A DNA stretch of 64,000 nt, from the NCBI GenBank assembly GCA_037132815.1, contig JBAHZX010000104.1:16599-80598 (forward strand), read 5' to 3'. Source of the DNA: Shewanella sp. GTDB lineage: Bacteria; Pseudomonadota; Gammaproteobacteria; Enterobacterales; Shewanellaceae. Under the pieces are notes generated by a model. The model was not told the origin of the DNA. It did no database searches and saw only the letters and a list, made by a program, of their open reading frames with translations. Below, piece by piece: positions 34,025-43,521 of this stretch. The translations under genes and the position numbers were made by a program. Numbering within the stretch: the stretch's first letter is position 1; each line of letters opens with the position of its first letter.

Positions 34025-34956
34025 AACTTATCTCCATATTCGTTGGTCAGCACTAAAGCTAGCAGCGCTTGGCGAGCATATACGCCATTTTCAGCCTGCT
34101 GAAAGTAATATGCATAAGGTGTGTAGTCTACATCTGTAGTGATCTCATCCACCCTAGGCAATGGGTGTAATACTTTAAAGTTATCTCTCACTCCACTCAG
34201 CATCTTAGCGTTCAAGATAAAACTAGACTTCAAATGCTGATATTCAGTTTCATCAAAGCGTTCTTTTTGCACTCGAGTCATATACAAAATATCTAAGTTA
34301 TCGACCACTCCATCTAAGGTGTCATGCAGGGTAAACTTACACCCTTTAGCATTAAGTTCATCGATAATATAGTCGGGCATAGAAAGTGCAGATGGAGCTA
34401 TAAAATGAAACTCACAATCAAACAGAGATAACGCTTGGGTCAGAGAATGCACCGTACGACCATATTTAAGATCACCTACGAAGGCCACCTGCAGCTTATC
34501 TAAGGTGCCTTGGGTCTCATAGATACTGAACAGGTCGAGTAAGGTTTGCGTCGGATGCTGATTCGAGCCATCACCACCATTGATCACTGGAACCGAAGAG
34601 AACTCACTGGCAAGACGGGCAGCACCCTCTTGATTATGGCGCATAAAAAAAGCGTCACAATAAGAAGAAATCACCTTTACCGAATCGGCCAACGTTTCAC
34701 CTTTTTTACCTAAGGAGGTATTACCACTATCTGGGAAACCAATAATGTTGCCCCCTAGTCTATGTACCGCGGTCTCGAAAGACAGGCGAGTTCGCGTCGA
34801 GGCTTCAAAGAAACAGCTGGCGATGACTTTGTTTTTCAACAGTTCAGGATTAGGTGTTTTTTTCAGTTTATTGGCGGTAGAGACAATCAGTTCTAATTCA
34901 GAACGCGAGAGATCAGTGATTGATATTATATGTTTATTATATAAGGGGTTACTCAT
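34021..34956 (-). CDS. pyrB: Aspartate carbamoyltransferase catalytic subunit (enteric/Vibrio class B type)
   Basis: 311 aa from ATG 34956; [59 protein letters not shown]; 4-bp overlap with pyrI. Confidence 0.97.
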   Translation of the reverse strand: MSNPLYNKHIISITDLSRSELELIVSTANKLKKTPNPELLKNKVIASCFFEASTRTRLSFETAVHRLGGNIIGFPDSGNTSLGKKGETLADSVKVISSYCDAFFMRHNQEGAARLASEFSSVPVINGGDGSNQHPTQTLLDLFSIYETQGTLDKLQVAFVGDLKYGRTVHSLTQALSLFDCEFHFIAPSALSMPDYIIDELNAKGCKFTLHDTLDGVVDNLDILYMTRVQKERFDETEYQHLKSSFILNAKMLSGVRDNFKVLHPLPRVDEITTDVDYTPYAYYFQQAENGVYARQALLALVLTNEYGDKL

Positions 34957-35070
34957 TCTTGCGGTGTCCTTTTCCGACGATGAAATCGGAGAGGAATTGT
35001 ACCTCTTTTCAATCAATGAGTATATAGATATACACTCATTGACCTATGATATTTTTAAGTAAACTTGGTA

Positions 35071-35922
35071 TTATCCTATATTTTCCAACCATCGTCGCAA
35101 GAGGTTGAGTGCCGCACATCGGCGATACTCAGCGGTTGAACGATGATCATCGATAGGGGCTATCTTTTGGCTATAAAAATCGATGATCTTGTCGACGGTT
35201 TCCGCTTGTTGCAATATGACCGCACTCAGCCCAATCAAGCCCTGCTCAAACTTGACATTTCGAACCACAGTTGGCCCTATTGCACCGAATGTCAGTCGCC
35301 AATCTTGGATAATACCCGATTCTATTCGCACCGCGGCTAATATCGACAACTTAGTGAGCGCATTGGCTTTGCGGGTCCCTACCTTATGATATAAATAGTC
35401 ATCAAACATAGGCAGAGTCAGGCTTACACTGGTCACTATCTCATCGGCTAACCTCGATGTCTGACCGGGACCCAAGATAAACTTCTCTATGGCTAATTCC
35501 CTTTTACCACTAGGACTACTGAGCTCGATGCATGCATCGAGCAGATACAGGGCGGGCAACATGTCAGCCGCGGGCGATGTATTGCAGATATTACCCACTA
35601 AGGTTGCCCGATTACGCAGGGCTGGCGCTGCGATTCGCTTAGCCGCATCTTTAATCATCAAAGGAACAGACTCGTGAGCGATCAACTCGTACAATGTCAC
35701 CCCTGCACCTATCACTAACCTAGGTTCACTGGCTTTATTATTGAGTTCAATCCTCTTTATCTCGGCAATATCATCGAGAAACACCACCACATTATTGCTG
35801 TCATCGTAGTGAGTCATTCCTTGCACCATAAGATCGGTGCCACCAGCAAATAACGTAGCACAGTGTATTGCATTCAACTCAAGCGCCGTCTCTAACTTAG
35901 TTGGACGAAAGACGTTTACCAT
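35071..35922 (-). CDS. Xanthine dehydrogenase family FAD-binding (medium) subunit
   Basis: FAGGTDLMV, LRNRATLVGNICNTSPAADM, PIDDHRSTAEYR. Confidence 0.9.
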   Translation of the reverse strand: MVNVFRPTKLETALELNAIHCATLFAGGTDLMVQGMTHYDDSNNVVVFLDDIAEIKRIELNNKASEPRLVIGAGVTLYELIAHESVPLMIKDAAKRIAAPALRNRATLVGNICNTSPAADMLPALYLLDACIELSSPSGKRELAIEKFILGPGQTSRLADEIVTSVSLTLPMFDDYLYHKVGTRKANALTKLSILAAVRIESGIIQDWRLTFGAIGPTVVRNVKFEQGLIGLSAVILQQAETVDKIIDFYSQKIAPIDDHRSTAEYRRCAALNLLRRWLENIG

Positions 35923-36395
35923 ATACCTTCTCCCCTCGCAGCAATTTTAGCCGCTTCGACTATCATGGCGTAACCAGTACAGCGACACAAATTGCCGGAT
36001 AACGCTTCTCTTATCTGCTTATCCGTTGGCGTAATATCCGCACAAACACGATTATCCAGCAGATGATAGAGGGCTAACACCATAGCGGGTGAACAGAAAC
36101 CACACTGCACCCCCTTCGCCTCTAACAGAGCATAGATAACACACAGGCCCTTAGGCGTATTTTTTAAGCCTTCTAAGGTCACCAACGCTGTTCCTTTCGC
36201 TTGAATAGTGGGGATTAAACAGGTATTAACCAGCTGGTTATCCATGATAATCGAGCATGAACCACACTCACCTTCCCCGCAGCCCTGCTTCGCCGAAGTC
36301 ATCCCTAGTTGTTCTCTTAAGGTATGCAGTAGAGGCTGCAGTGGATCGACATCCACCTTGACTCCCTGGCCATTAAGATTAAAACAAATCTTCAT
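35916..36395 (-). CDS. Xanthine dehydrogenase family [2Fe-2S] (small) subunit
   Basis: GCGEGECGSC...NTC and QCGFC...NLCRCTGY (all 8 Cys present); ATG 36395 overlaps the upstream TGA. Confidence 0.93.
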   Translation of the reverse strand: MKICFNLNGQGVKVDVDPLQPLLHTLREQLGMTSAKQGCGEGECGSCSIIMDNQLVNTCLIPTIQAKGTALVTLEGLKNTPKGLCVIYALLEAKGVQCGFCSPAMVLALYHLLDNRVCADITPTDKQIREALSGNLCRCTGYAMIVEAAKIAARGEGIW

Positions 36396-38581
36396 CGCGC
36401 TACTCCTTGAGTCTTGCCGCATGTAACCGTCATATTGCCGAGACATTCCTTCTTCGCCCCATAGAGAAGATCACACACCACCTCTGGCGTAATAGGGATC
36501 GATGAAATAGGCAGGCCGATAGCACTCTCAACCGCGGCACAATAAGCCGCAGCGCCGCCATTATGGGTCAACTCACCTCCACCTTTAGCCCCCTTAGGCC
36601 CATATTTGTAAGGATTATCGACTAATGAGCTGCTGATCGCGGGCACATCCATCGACGTAGGTATCACATAATCAGCCATGGTGGTTTGTTGGAATTTACC
36701 CTCACTGTCTAAGGTCATCCGCTCTAAACTGCCATAGCCCAGCGCCTGTACCATACCGCCATCTATCTGGCCCTTAAATACCATTTCATCTATCGCATGG
36801 CCCACATCATAAACGGCCCACAGGCCAGTGATCTCAGTTTCCCCCGTGGCTGGATCCAACTCGATCTCAACGATATTCATGCCATAACTGGTCACCTGAT
36901 AGGAATTTCCCTCAAACTTTGCTTGATCCCATTTATGATAACTGGGCTTTTTATAATCTTCTTCAACGCATTGCTCGGTACCATTTATCCAAATATCAGC
37001 CAATTTCTTTGCGGCGACCTCGATAAGGTAGCCCACAATAACAATTGAACGCGATGCGACTGTGGGTCCGGAATCAGGCACCACACCAGTATCGGCGGCG
37101 GCAAGCCAGACTGAGGTTAATGGCACTTTTAGCGCATCGGCGACAATTTGACAAAAGGTCAGGCTGAGTCCTTGGCCTAAATCGGTGTTAGAGACCTGGA
37201 TCTCAATCTCATTATCAACCCCCTTCACCAGACGCACTTTGGCCTTAACTAAGGTATCTTCGAGATCCCCAGCGAAACCACAGCCATGCTGAAACATCGC
37301 CAAGCCGATCCCTTTTAACTTGTCACTCTTGTTTGATTGCTGACGGTAAGCTTTGGCCTTCTCATGGTAATCACTAGCCTCACAGATCTGGTCATACATC
37401 TGCTCGAGCACTAAGTCACCAAAGATGCTAGCCCCAGTTAACGTCATCGAGTCTGTGTTTAACAGATGATCATGTTTAAAGTCCGCCGGCTCCAAGCCAA
37501 GTTGCTTGGCAACATGACTGAGGTGGGTCTCTATGCCGAAGCAAGTTTGAGGGGAGCCAAAACCTCTAAAGGCACCATTAGGTGAAGTGTTTGTCGCCCA
37601 AGCTGTTGCATCGACCCGCACATTGTCAATCTCATAGACATTAATACAACTGGTGATCGCCCTCTGTAGAACGATGCCTGATAGGCTCAGGTAAGCCCCT
37701 GAGTTAATGTCTACCTTCACTTCCATTGCGACTATTTTTCCCTGTTTATTGACTCCAGTGCGGTAATGAAAATCGATAGGATGGCGCTTCGAGGTGAAGG
37801 CGATATCTTCACTACGAGGCAGGACGAGTCTTATGGGCTGACCCACACGCTCAACCGCGACACATAAGGCACCTGCAAGCACATCGGGATAGTCCTCTTT
37901 GCCACCAAAACCCCCGCCTGTAGTGGCCTGAATCGCTCGTACCTTATTGTGACCCAACACCACAGAGATACAATGATGCACATACCAGGGGCACTGCATC
38001 GAGCCTTCGATAACAATCTTGCCATCCTGTGGATAGCCGACCATGCCTTGTGGCTCCAGATACATATGTTCCTGATAGCTGGTAGACAGAGTCTCTTCAA
38101 AAATATACTCAGCCTGAGCAAAGCCCCTGTTCACATCACCTTTATTGATCCTGTGGCTATCAAATTTATTGTCTTGACCATGGATGGCACCGTCGGTGAG
38201 TTTTTGTGAATCTGAAAGGGTGAAGGCAGGGGTGAGCAGCTGATATTCTACGTGTATTTTGTCTAAAATCTGCTCGATAATCTTAATTTCAACTCCTACC
38301 ACAAGTAAGATGATTTGGCCTAGATAACGCACTTCATCATCGGCAAAAACGGGCCAATCAGCCTCCACCATCTGCAGCACGTTGCGCCCAGGCACATCTG
38401 TAGCGCCAAAGATAAAGTAACCTTCGGGTAAGTCCGGTAACCTAATACTTTTGATCTTACCTCTTGGGCATGAAGAGCGAAACAAGCGCCCTTCCAAAAG
38501 GTTATCGAAATGACGGTCGGCAATAAACTTCGCATCTCCTGTAGCTTCTTGCCATTTGAATTGCGTTTTATCCCTTTTCAT
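36392..38581 (-). CDS. Xanthine dehydrogenase family molybdopterin-binding (large) subunit
   Basis: QEHMYLEPQG, GGGFGGKEDYP, AFRGFGSPQ, SGPTVASRS, GAKGGGE; ~729 aa from ATG 38581. Confidence 0.92.
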   Translation of the reverse strand: MKRDKTQFKWQEATGDAKFIADRHFDNLLEGRLFRSSCPRGKIKSIRLPDLPEGYFIFGATDVPGRNVLQMVEADWPVFADDEVRYLGQIILLVVGVEIKIIEQILDKIHVEYQLLTPAFTLSDSQKLTDGAIHGQDNKFDSHRINKGDVNRGFAQAEYIFEETLSTSYQEHMYLEPQGMVGYPQDGKIVIEGSMQCPWYVHHCISVVLGHNKVRAIQATTGGGFGGKEDYPDVLAGALCVAVERVGQPIRLVLPRSEDIAFTSKRHPIDFHYRTGVNKQGKIVAMEVKVDINSGAYLSLSGIVLQRAITSCINVYEIDNVRVDATAWATNTSPNGAFRGFGSPQTCFGIETHLSHVAKQLGLEPADFKHDHLLNTDSMTLTGASIFGDLVLEQMYDQICEASDYHEKAKAYRQQSNKSDKLKGIGLAMFQHGCGFAGDLEDTLVKAKVRLVKGVDNEIEIQVSNTDLGQGLSLTFCQIVADALKVPLTSVWLAAADTGVVPDSGPTVASRSIVIVGYLIEVAAKKLADIWINGTEQCVEEDYKKPSYHKWDQAKFEGNSYQVTSYGMNIVEIELDPATGETEITGLWAVYDVGHAIDEMVFKGQIDGGMVQALGYGSLERMTLDSEGKFQQTTMADYVIPTSMDVPAISSSLVDNPYKYGPKGAKGGGELTHNGGAAAYCAAVESAIGLPISSIPITPEVVCDLLYGAKKECLGNMTVTCGKTQGVAR

Positions 38582-38762
38582 AACGTTTCTCTTCTTAGCT
38601 GTATTTGTGGTATTGCACCAGATACGTATTGCTAATTTGTGCACCCATGGGCGATACCAAATGAAACACAATAATGAGAAAGGGAAAAGTACTGGCTCTT
38701 TATATCTAGAGGCTTAATGCCTCTGTGAGCAAAACTCCTTCCCTATTTCAAACGCTTAATGA

Positions 38763-40091
38763 TTAACTGAGCTTATCCATATTGTTCCAGATGCGCTGAG
38801 CGACTTTCCTTGCCTCAGCGTAGATTGGTGCAACATCGAATGGGAACTGGCGATCTTGGTACACGAACCGTCCATCAACCATCACCGAGTTAACGTTACC
38901 AGCATTGATACCAAAAGCGATATGACCAGCTAAGTTATCTGCCACTAAAGGGGTAGGGCTCATGTAATCCAAGATCGTTAGATCTGCCTTATTACCTGTT
39001 TCGAGTCGACCGAATTTAGCTCCGAAATTCTTAGCTAAGATATCGTTACCCCTCCATAGACTATGTAGGAAGCTGTCAGGCCATAATGGTCCGCCGCTAT
39101 CTCTGTGTTTGAAGAATGAAAATTTAAGTTCTTCAAACATATCAGCGCCAATACCGTCTGTACCCAGTACGACATTATCGAACTTAGTCAGCTGATGATT
39201 GTAACCCACGTTGTTGTTCATGTTCGAACGTGCATTGTGCACTAAGAAGCCGCCGCGAGCATTCAAGATTTCAATATCTTTATCAGATAAGAACAAGCCG
39301 TGAGCCAGTAAGGTCTTATCATTGATCAAACCAAAGCTATCCAAACGCTCAACAATATCTTGACTATAATGATGGTGACTGTGAGCCACATCATAACGGT
39401 CTTCGGCCACATGAATATGGATACCACGACCCGTTACCTTAACGGCTTCGGCTATCATAGACAAACCTTCATTGGTCACAGTGAACGGCGCATGGGCACC
39501 GATATGAGCTTCAACCAGATAAGGCTCGTCGCCCTTGTTCTTGGCTGAATCAATGAGTTGAGCAAAGGCGATGTTTTCCTCAACGCCAGCTTCCATCTCT
39601 TTTATGCCACCGTTTCTATCTGTGGTTTCGTAGCAGGTCATACCACGTAGACCAGCCTTAAGGAAACCGCTACGCAAAGTCTTAAGTGAACCTGCAATAT
39701 AGTTAGGTGATGCGTGGTGATCAATCACACTCGAACAACCATTCTTAATCGCTTCAAGTGAACAGATTAGGCCACTGTAGTAGACCGCTTCTTCATCGAG
39801 AGCGAGATCCAACCGCCACCAAAGGTTCTTCAAGATTGAAATAAAATCAGGGCTAGGCTTAATATCAGCCATCACCCCTCTCGCTAAGCCAGAATAGAAG
39901 TGGTTATGGGAGCACACTATCCCTGGCATAACGAGTTTTCCTTTCATCTCTGTCAATTGTGCCTGTGGATATTTACTGTGCAAATTTGAACCCATCTCTT
40001 TAATCGTCGTGCCGTCAATAAGGATATCGACATTTTCTTTAACGAAACATGGCTCAAATTGAACAGCTGTTGCATTTTTTAATAAAATCAT
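38763..40091 (-). CDS. ssnA: SsnA amidohydrolase (purine ring-opening)
   Basis: PGIVCSHNHFYS, LWWRLD, GAHAPFT, HIHVAED, LGTDGIG; downstream of ygfK. Confidence 0.95.
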   Translation of the reverse strand: MILLKNATAVQFEPCFVKENVDILIDGTTIKEMGSNLHSKYPQAQLTEMKGKLVMPGIVCSHNHFYSGLARGVMADIKPSPDFISILKNLWWRLDLALDEEAVYYSGLICSLEAIKNGCSSVIDHHASPNYIAGSLKTLRSGFLKAGLRGMTCYETTDRNGGIKEMEAGVEENIAFAQLIDSAKNKGDEPYLVEAHIGAHAPFTVTNEGLSMIAEAVKVTGRGIHIHVAEDRYDVAHSHHHYSQDIVERLDSFGLINDKTLLAHGLFLSDKDIEILNARGGFLVHNARSNMNNNVGYNHQLTKFDNVVLGTDGIGADMFEELKFSFFKHRDSGGPLWPDSFLHSLWRGNDILAKNFGAKFGRLETGNKADLTILDYMSPTPLVADNLAGHIAFGINAGNVNSVMVDGRFVYQDRQFPFDVAPIYAEARKVAQRIWNNMDKLS

Positions 40092-40102
40092 AAGACTACT
40101 CC

Positions 40103-43100
40103 TTATTCACCTAGCTGACCAAGCAGGTAATCATGCTCGTTAACCACGTATGTGATGATGCGGGAAATATCACTTAAATTGTCAGGTAAGGTAAATTGCT
40201 TATCATTATTTAACTCACTGACGTATATCTCATTATTTGCACGAACCGTAAGATAACCGTTTTCGATAAGGAAGCCGATATTTTGACTTTCATTCATATC
40301 TGCTAGCGAATTGAAAATGGTAAGTTTGTCTTTATAAGGATGACCATTCCAAGGACAGAACTGAGCACAGTTACCACACTCGTTACAGTAGGCGTCGATA
40401 TGAAGTATCTGGAACTTATCTTTATAACCTGGTATTGCCAGTGAGACATTGGCGCGGTTAGGACAGACATCCACACACTTAGAACAGACATATGAACACT
40501 CTAGGCAGCGCTTTGCTTCCTGTTCAACAAAGGCATCCTGATTGTCAGAGCCAACCAAATCAACTTGGATCTCAGCTTTACGCTGGTAGAGGTCTTCAAC
40601 ATCGAGATCTGAAGTAACCTTATACAGACATTCTTTAACAGATTCTTTAGCCAGAATTGATGAAGCCGCTTTGTGACCGCCAGAAATAGCTGAAACGATC
40701 GATGAAGGACCAGTGTTCGCATCACCAATAAGGTAAACATTCTCAATACCTGTCTCGCCAGTCTCATCAGAGACAATTGGCCAGCCATCTTGACCCATGG
40801 GGATACCTATCTTACTTAGCTCATCACGGTTGCTCTGCTCACCAACCGCGGTGATCAAAGCATCGACATGTAACTCAATAGTCCTGCTGGTAGCCACTGG
40901 GCGGCGACGTCCCTTAGCATCTTTCTCACCTAACTCCATTACACGGGCGACAAGCTTGCCATCTTGGCTGAATGACTCAGGGTTAGTGAGAAACATAAAC
41001 TGTACACCTGCGGCTAATGCTTCATCATACTCATCTTTATATGCTGGCATTTCAGCAACGGTACGACGGTAAAGTACCGTAACTTGGTCAACACCATCTA
41101 TTTTAAGTGCAGCACGCGCACTATCCATTGCCGTGTTACCCGCGCCAACAACAGCTACATGCTTACCGAACTTGTTATCACCGTTATCGAAAAGACCATT
41201 ATTGTACTGTGCCAAGAATTCAAGTGACTTGAAAACGTTAGTATTACCACCTTCGAGTGAGATTGGATTGCCTTTGTCTGCACCTATCCCTAAACAGATA
41301 TACTTAAATCCACTTGAGTGCAATGCATCAACCGTTAAATCTGTTCTACAGCCATATTCTATATTCACACCATGATTAGTGACAAACTCGATATCATGCT
41401 CAATGGCTGCGGCTTGAATACGAAAGTGGGGAATGATGTTCTTAACCACACCGCCAGCATTGGCCTCTTTTTCAAAAATAGTCACAGGGTGACCCGCACG
41501 CGCTAAGAAGTAGGCCACTGACAAGCCTGCAGGACCTGCACCCAATACGGCAGCAGGCGCCTTTTCTATAAGACTCGGTTTGTGCCACTTAGCCTTATAA
41601 TCATTCCAACCTTTCTCCAGCGCTATCTTCTTCATCTCACGAATATTTAACGCACCTTCATAGTCACGGCGAGTACAATTGTACTGACATTGATGGTCAC
41701 AGATCTGACCCGTTATGGCAGGCAACGCATTACGTGAATAAATAACCTCAAGGGCCTCGACATACTTTTCCTCACCCATTAAGCGTAAATATTCTGGAAT
41801 ATCTTGACTGATAGGACAAGCCGTCACACAAGGTGCAACCGAACAATCGGTTAAAGGCAATGCTTCATTGACTGTGATATTTTCTGGGCCACGCCACTCC
41901 TTCTGGGTGTAGTCGACAGTCAGTGACTTCTTCGCCAGATCAGCTAGTTTAGGGATATTAACCTTATCCATGCCCCACTCGCAGCTATCGGCAAGCTCAT
42001 TAACACAATCGGTTAAGCGCATGTACCCGCCAGGTTTAAGTAAATCAGTCGCCATAGTGATAGGACGGATACCCGCTTCGAAGATCTCTTTAATGTTGAA
42101 CTTGCTCGCACCGCCTGAATAGGAAATTGGTAACTCACCATTGAATTCATTAGAGAGTTCAAGTGCCACATTGATAGAAAGAGGGAACAAGGCACGACCC
42201 GACATATACATCTCTTTATCGGGTAAACGGCCTTTTTTGTTGATCGTACCTAAGGTATTAGTTAGCTTGACCCCAAATCCAATACCGACAGATTTCCCTA
42301 AGTCGACCAAACGATGCAGCATAGCTTTAGCCGCATCAATTTGTAGATCATGATTAAATGATTCTTCACTCAGTACCACATGGGTAAAGCCTGCATTATC
42401 TAAGATTGAGCGTACACGCTTAAAACCTAACAAGGTTGGATTGAGTTTGACGAAGGTGTTTAACCTCTTCTCTTCAATCATGTACTGACAGATGGCTTCA
42501 ATTTCAGTTGGCGGGCAACCATGCATGGTTGAGAGGGTCACGCCCTTAGAGATCTGTGGAGAGATGACCTTCAATAGGCCATTGATACGGTTAGCTTCAA
42601 TTTTAACACTGTATTTCTTCTCGAAATCATCGCATGTAACGAAAGACTGAAGCTGTGCAATATACTGTTCAAACAAGGGGTGCTTGCTGGCATCGATCAT
42701 ATTATTGATAAAAGCCTGCATAGGTACGGTCTTAATACCGTCCAGATCGTAGCCAACACTCATGTTAAATACAAATGATTTTTCTTCACCATCAGCAAGA
42801 GGCTGGAACACCTCTTCTAACAGGTAAAGCGCAACCCAAGCTTTAATATACTCATCATACGCCTTAGGTAAGGTAAATTCGGTTGACCACTCGGTATTGA
42901 AACACTCATCTTCCGCATCAATACAAGGCTTAGCAATCTCTAAGGTATCTAGCTTTTGAACCGTTTTAAGTTCCATAAAACGGCCACCAGCTAACCATGA
43001 ACAGATAATGTTTTGAGCTAGCTGAGTATGAGGACCCGCAGCAGGGCCTACTGGTGTTTGGCAAAACTCACCCCAAACCTTAAGTTTATTAGCATCTTTT

Positions 43101-43213
43101 TTACGATAAAACTGCTTGGCAGGGATCCCAAAAATTGAGTGACTCTGTTTGAACTCACTGAACATACGATGAAGTAATTCGTCAAACGGAACGGGACGCA
43201 TGATGTCTCCCAT
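40103..43213 (-). CDS. ygfK: YgfK flavin/Fe-S oxidoreductase
   Basis: MGDIMRPVPF start (1036 aa), GPAAGPHTQLAQN, GAGPAG, GAGNTAMD, C-terminal ferredoxin Cys motifs. Confidence 0.95.
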   Translation of the reverse strand: MGDIMRPVPFDELLHRMFSEFKQSHSIFGIPAKQFYRKKDANKLKVWGEFCQTPVGPAAGPHTQLAQNIICSWLAGGRFMELKTVQKLDTLEIAKPCIDAEDECFNTEWSTEFTLPKAYDEYIKAWVALYLLEEVFQPLADGEEKSFVFNMSVGYDLDGIKTVPMQAFINNMIDASKHPLFEQYIAQLQSFVTCDDFEKKYSVKIEANRINGLLKVISPQISKGVTLSTMHGCPPTEIEAICQYMIEEKRLNTFVKLNPTLLGFKRVRSILDNAGFTHVVLSEESFNHDLQIDAAKAMLHRLVDLGKSVGIGFGVKLTNTLGTINKKGRLPDKEMYMSGRALFPLSINVALELSNEFNGELPISYSGGASKFNIKEIFEAGIRPITMATDLLKPGGYMRLTDCVNELADSCEWGMDKVNIPKLADLAKKSLTVDYTQKEWRGPENITVNEALPLTDCSVAPCVTACPISQDIPEYLRLMGEEKYVEALEVIYSRNALPAITGQICDHQCQYNCTRRDYEGALNIREMKKIALEKGWNDYKAKWHKPSLIEKAPAAVLGAGPAGLSVAYFLARAGHPVTIFEKEANAGGVVKNIIPHFRIQAAAIEHDIEFVTNHGVNIEYGCRTDLTVDALHSSGFKYICLGIGADKGNPISLEGGNTNVFKSLEFLAQYNNGLFDNGDNKFGKHVAVVGAGNTAMDSARAALKIDGVDQVTVLYRRTVAEMPAYKDEYDEALAAGVQFMFLTNPESFSQDGKLVARVMELGEKDAKGRRRPVATSRTIELHVDALITAVGEQSNRDELSKIGIPMGQDGWPIVSDETGETGIENVYLIGDANTGPSSIVSAISGGHKAASSILAKESVKECLYKVTSDLDVEDLYQRKAEIQVDLVGSDNQDAFVEQEAKRCLECSYVCSKCVDVCPNRANVSLAIPGYKDKFQILHIDAYCNECGNCAQFCPWNGHPYKDKLTIFNSLADMNESQNIGFLIENGYLTVRANNEIYVSELNNDKQFTLPDNLSDISRIITYVVNEHDYLLGQLGE

Positions 43214-43320
43214 GATAAATCTCCTGATTTCTTTGCTGTTGTTATCTAAAAAGTCGTTACATTTCATCAAGCAATGGAAACGACTCTTAAGTTAGGAATT
43301 ATCTCTCTTCAGGAAACACG

Positions 43321-43336
43321 AGCAACTACCACGCCA
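43321..43336 (-). promoter_or_regulatory. Sigma54 (-24/-12) promoter of ygfK-ssnA-xdh-pyrBI
   Basis: Minus-strand TGGCGT-GGTAG-TTGCT. Confidence 0.85.
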
Positions 43337-43369
43337 AGGTGACGTTTTTTAGAAATAAGCAAAAAAAGC

Positions 43370-43383
43370 ATGATTTAAGTCAA
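43370..43383. promoter_or_regulatory. 14-bp FNR-like box ATGATTTAAGTCAA (copy 2)
   Basis: Identical to 33314-33327, at a spacing from the -24 element that differs by only 1 bp. Confidence 0.6.
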
Positions 43384-43502
43384 GTTTAAGCAGTAATATT
43401 GAATTGTTATCTTAACTTGCAATGTAAAGAGGGGCTGAAATCAGCAAAAAAAGAAGGTTTTTGATCTTGGTAAACAAGGAAAGATATCTATCGATTAATT
43501 AT

Positions 43503-43517
43503 CTATCAATTTGATAA
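43503..43517. promoter_or_regulatory. Candidate YgeV enhancer site
   Basis: CTATCA-ATT-TGATAA, 14/15 identical to the site at 33489. Confidence 0.65.
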
Positions 43518-43521
43518 GTTA

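Noticed and set aside
38540-38671. Possible frameshift at the N-terminus of the Mo large subunit (an alternative frame reads KGIKRNSNGKK before the ATGDAKF segment)
   Set aside because: The main frame is open from a plausible ATG, and the alternative frame is preceded by a stop and would need two compensating indels
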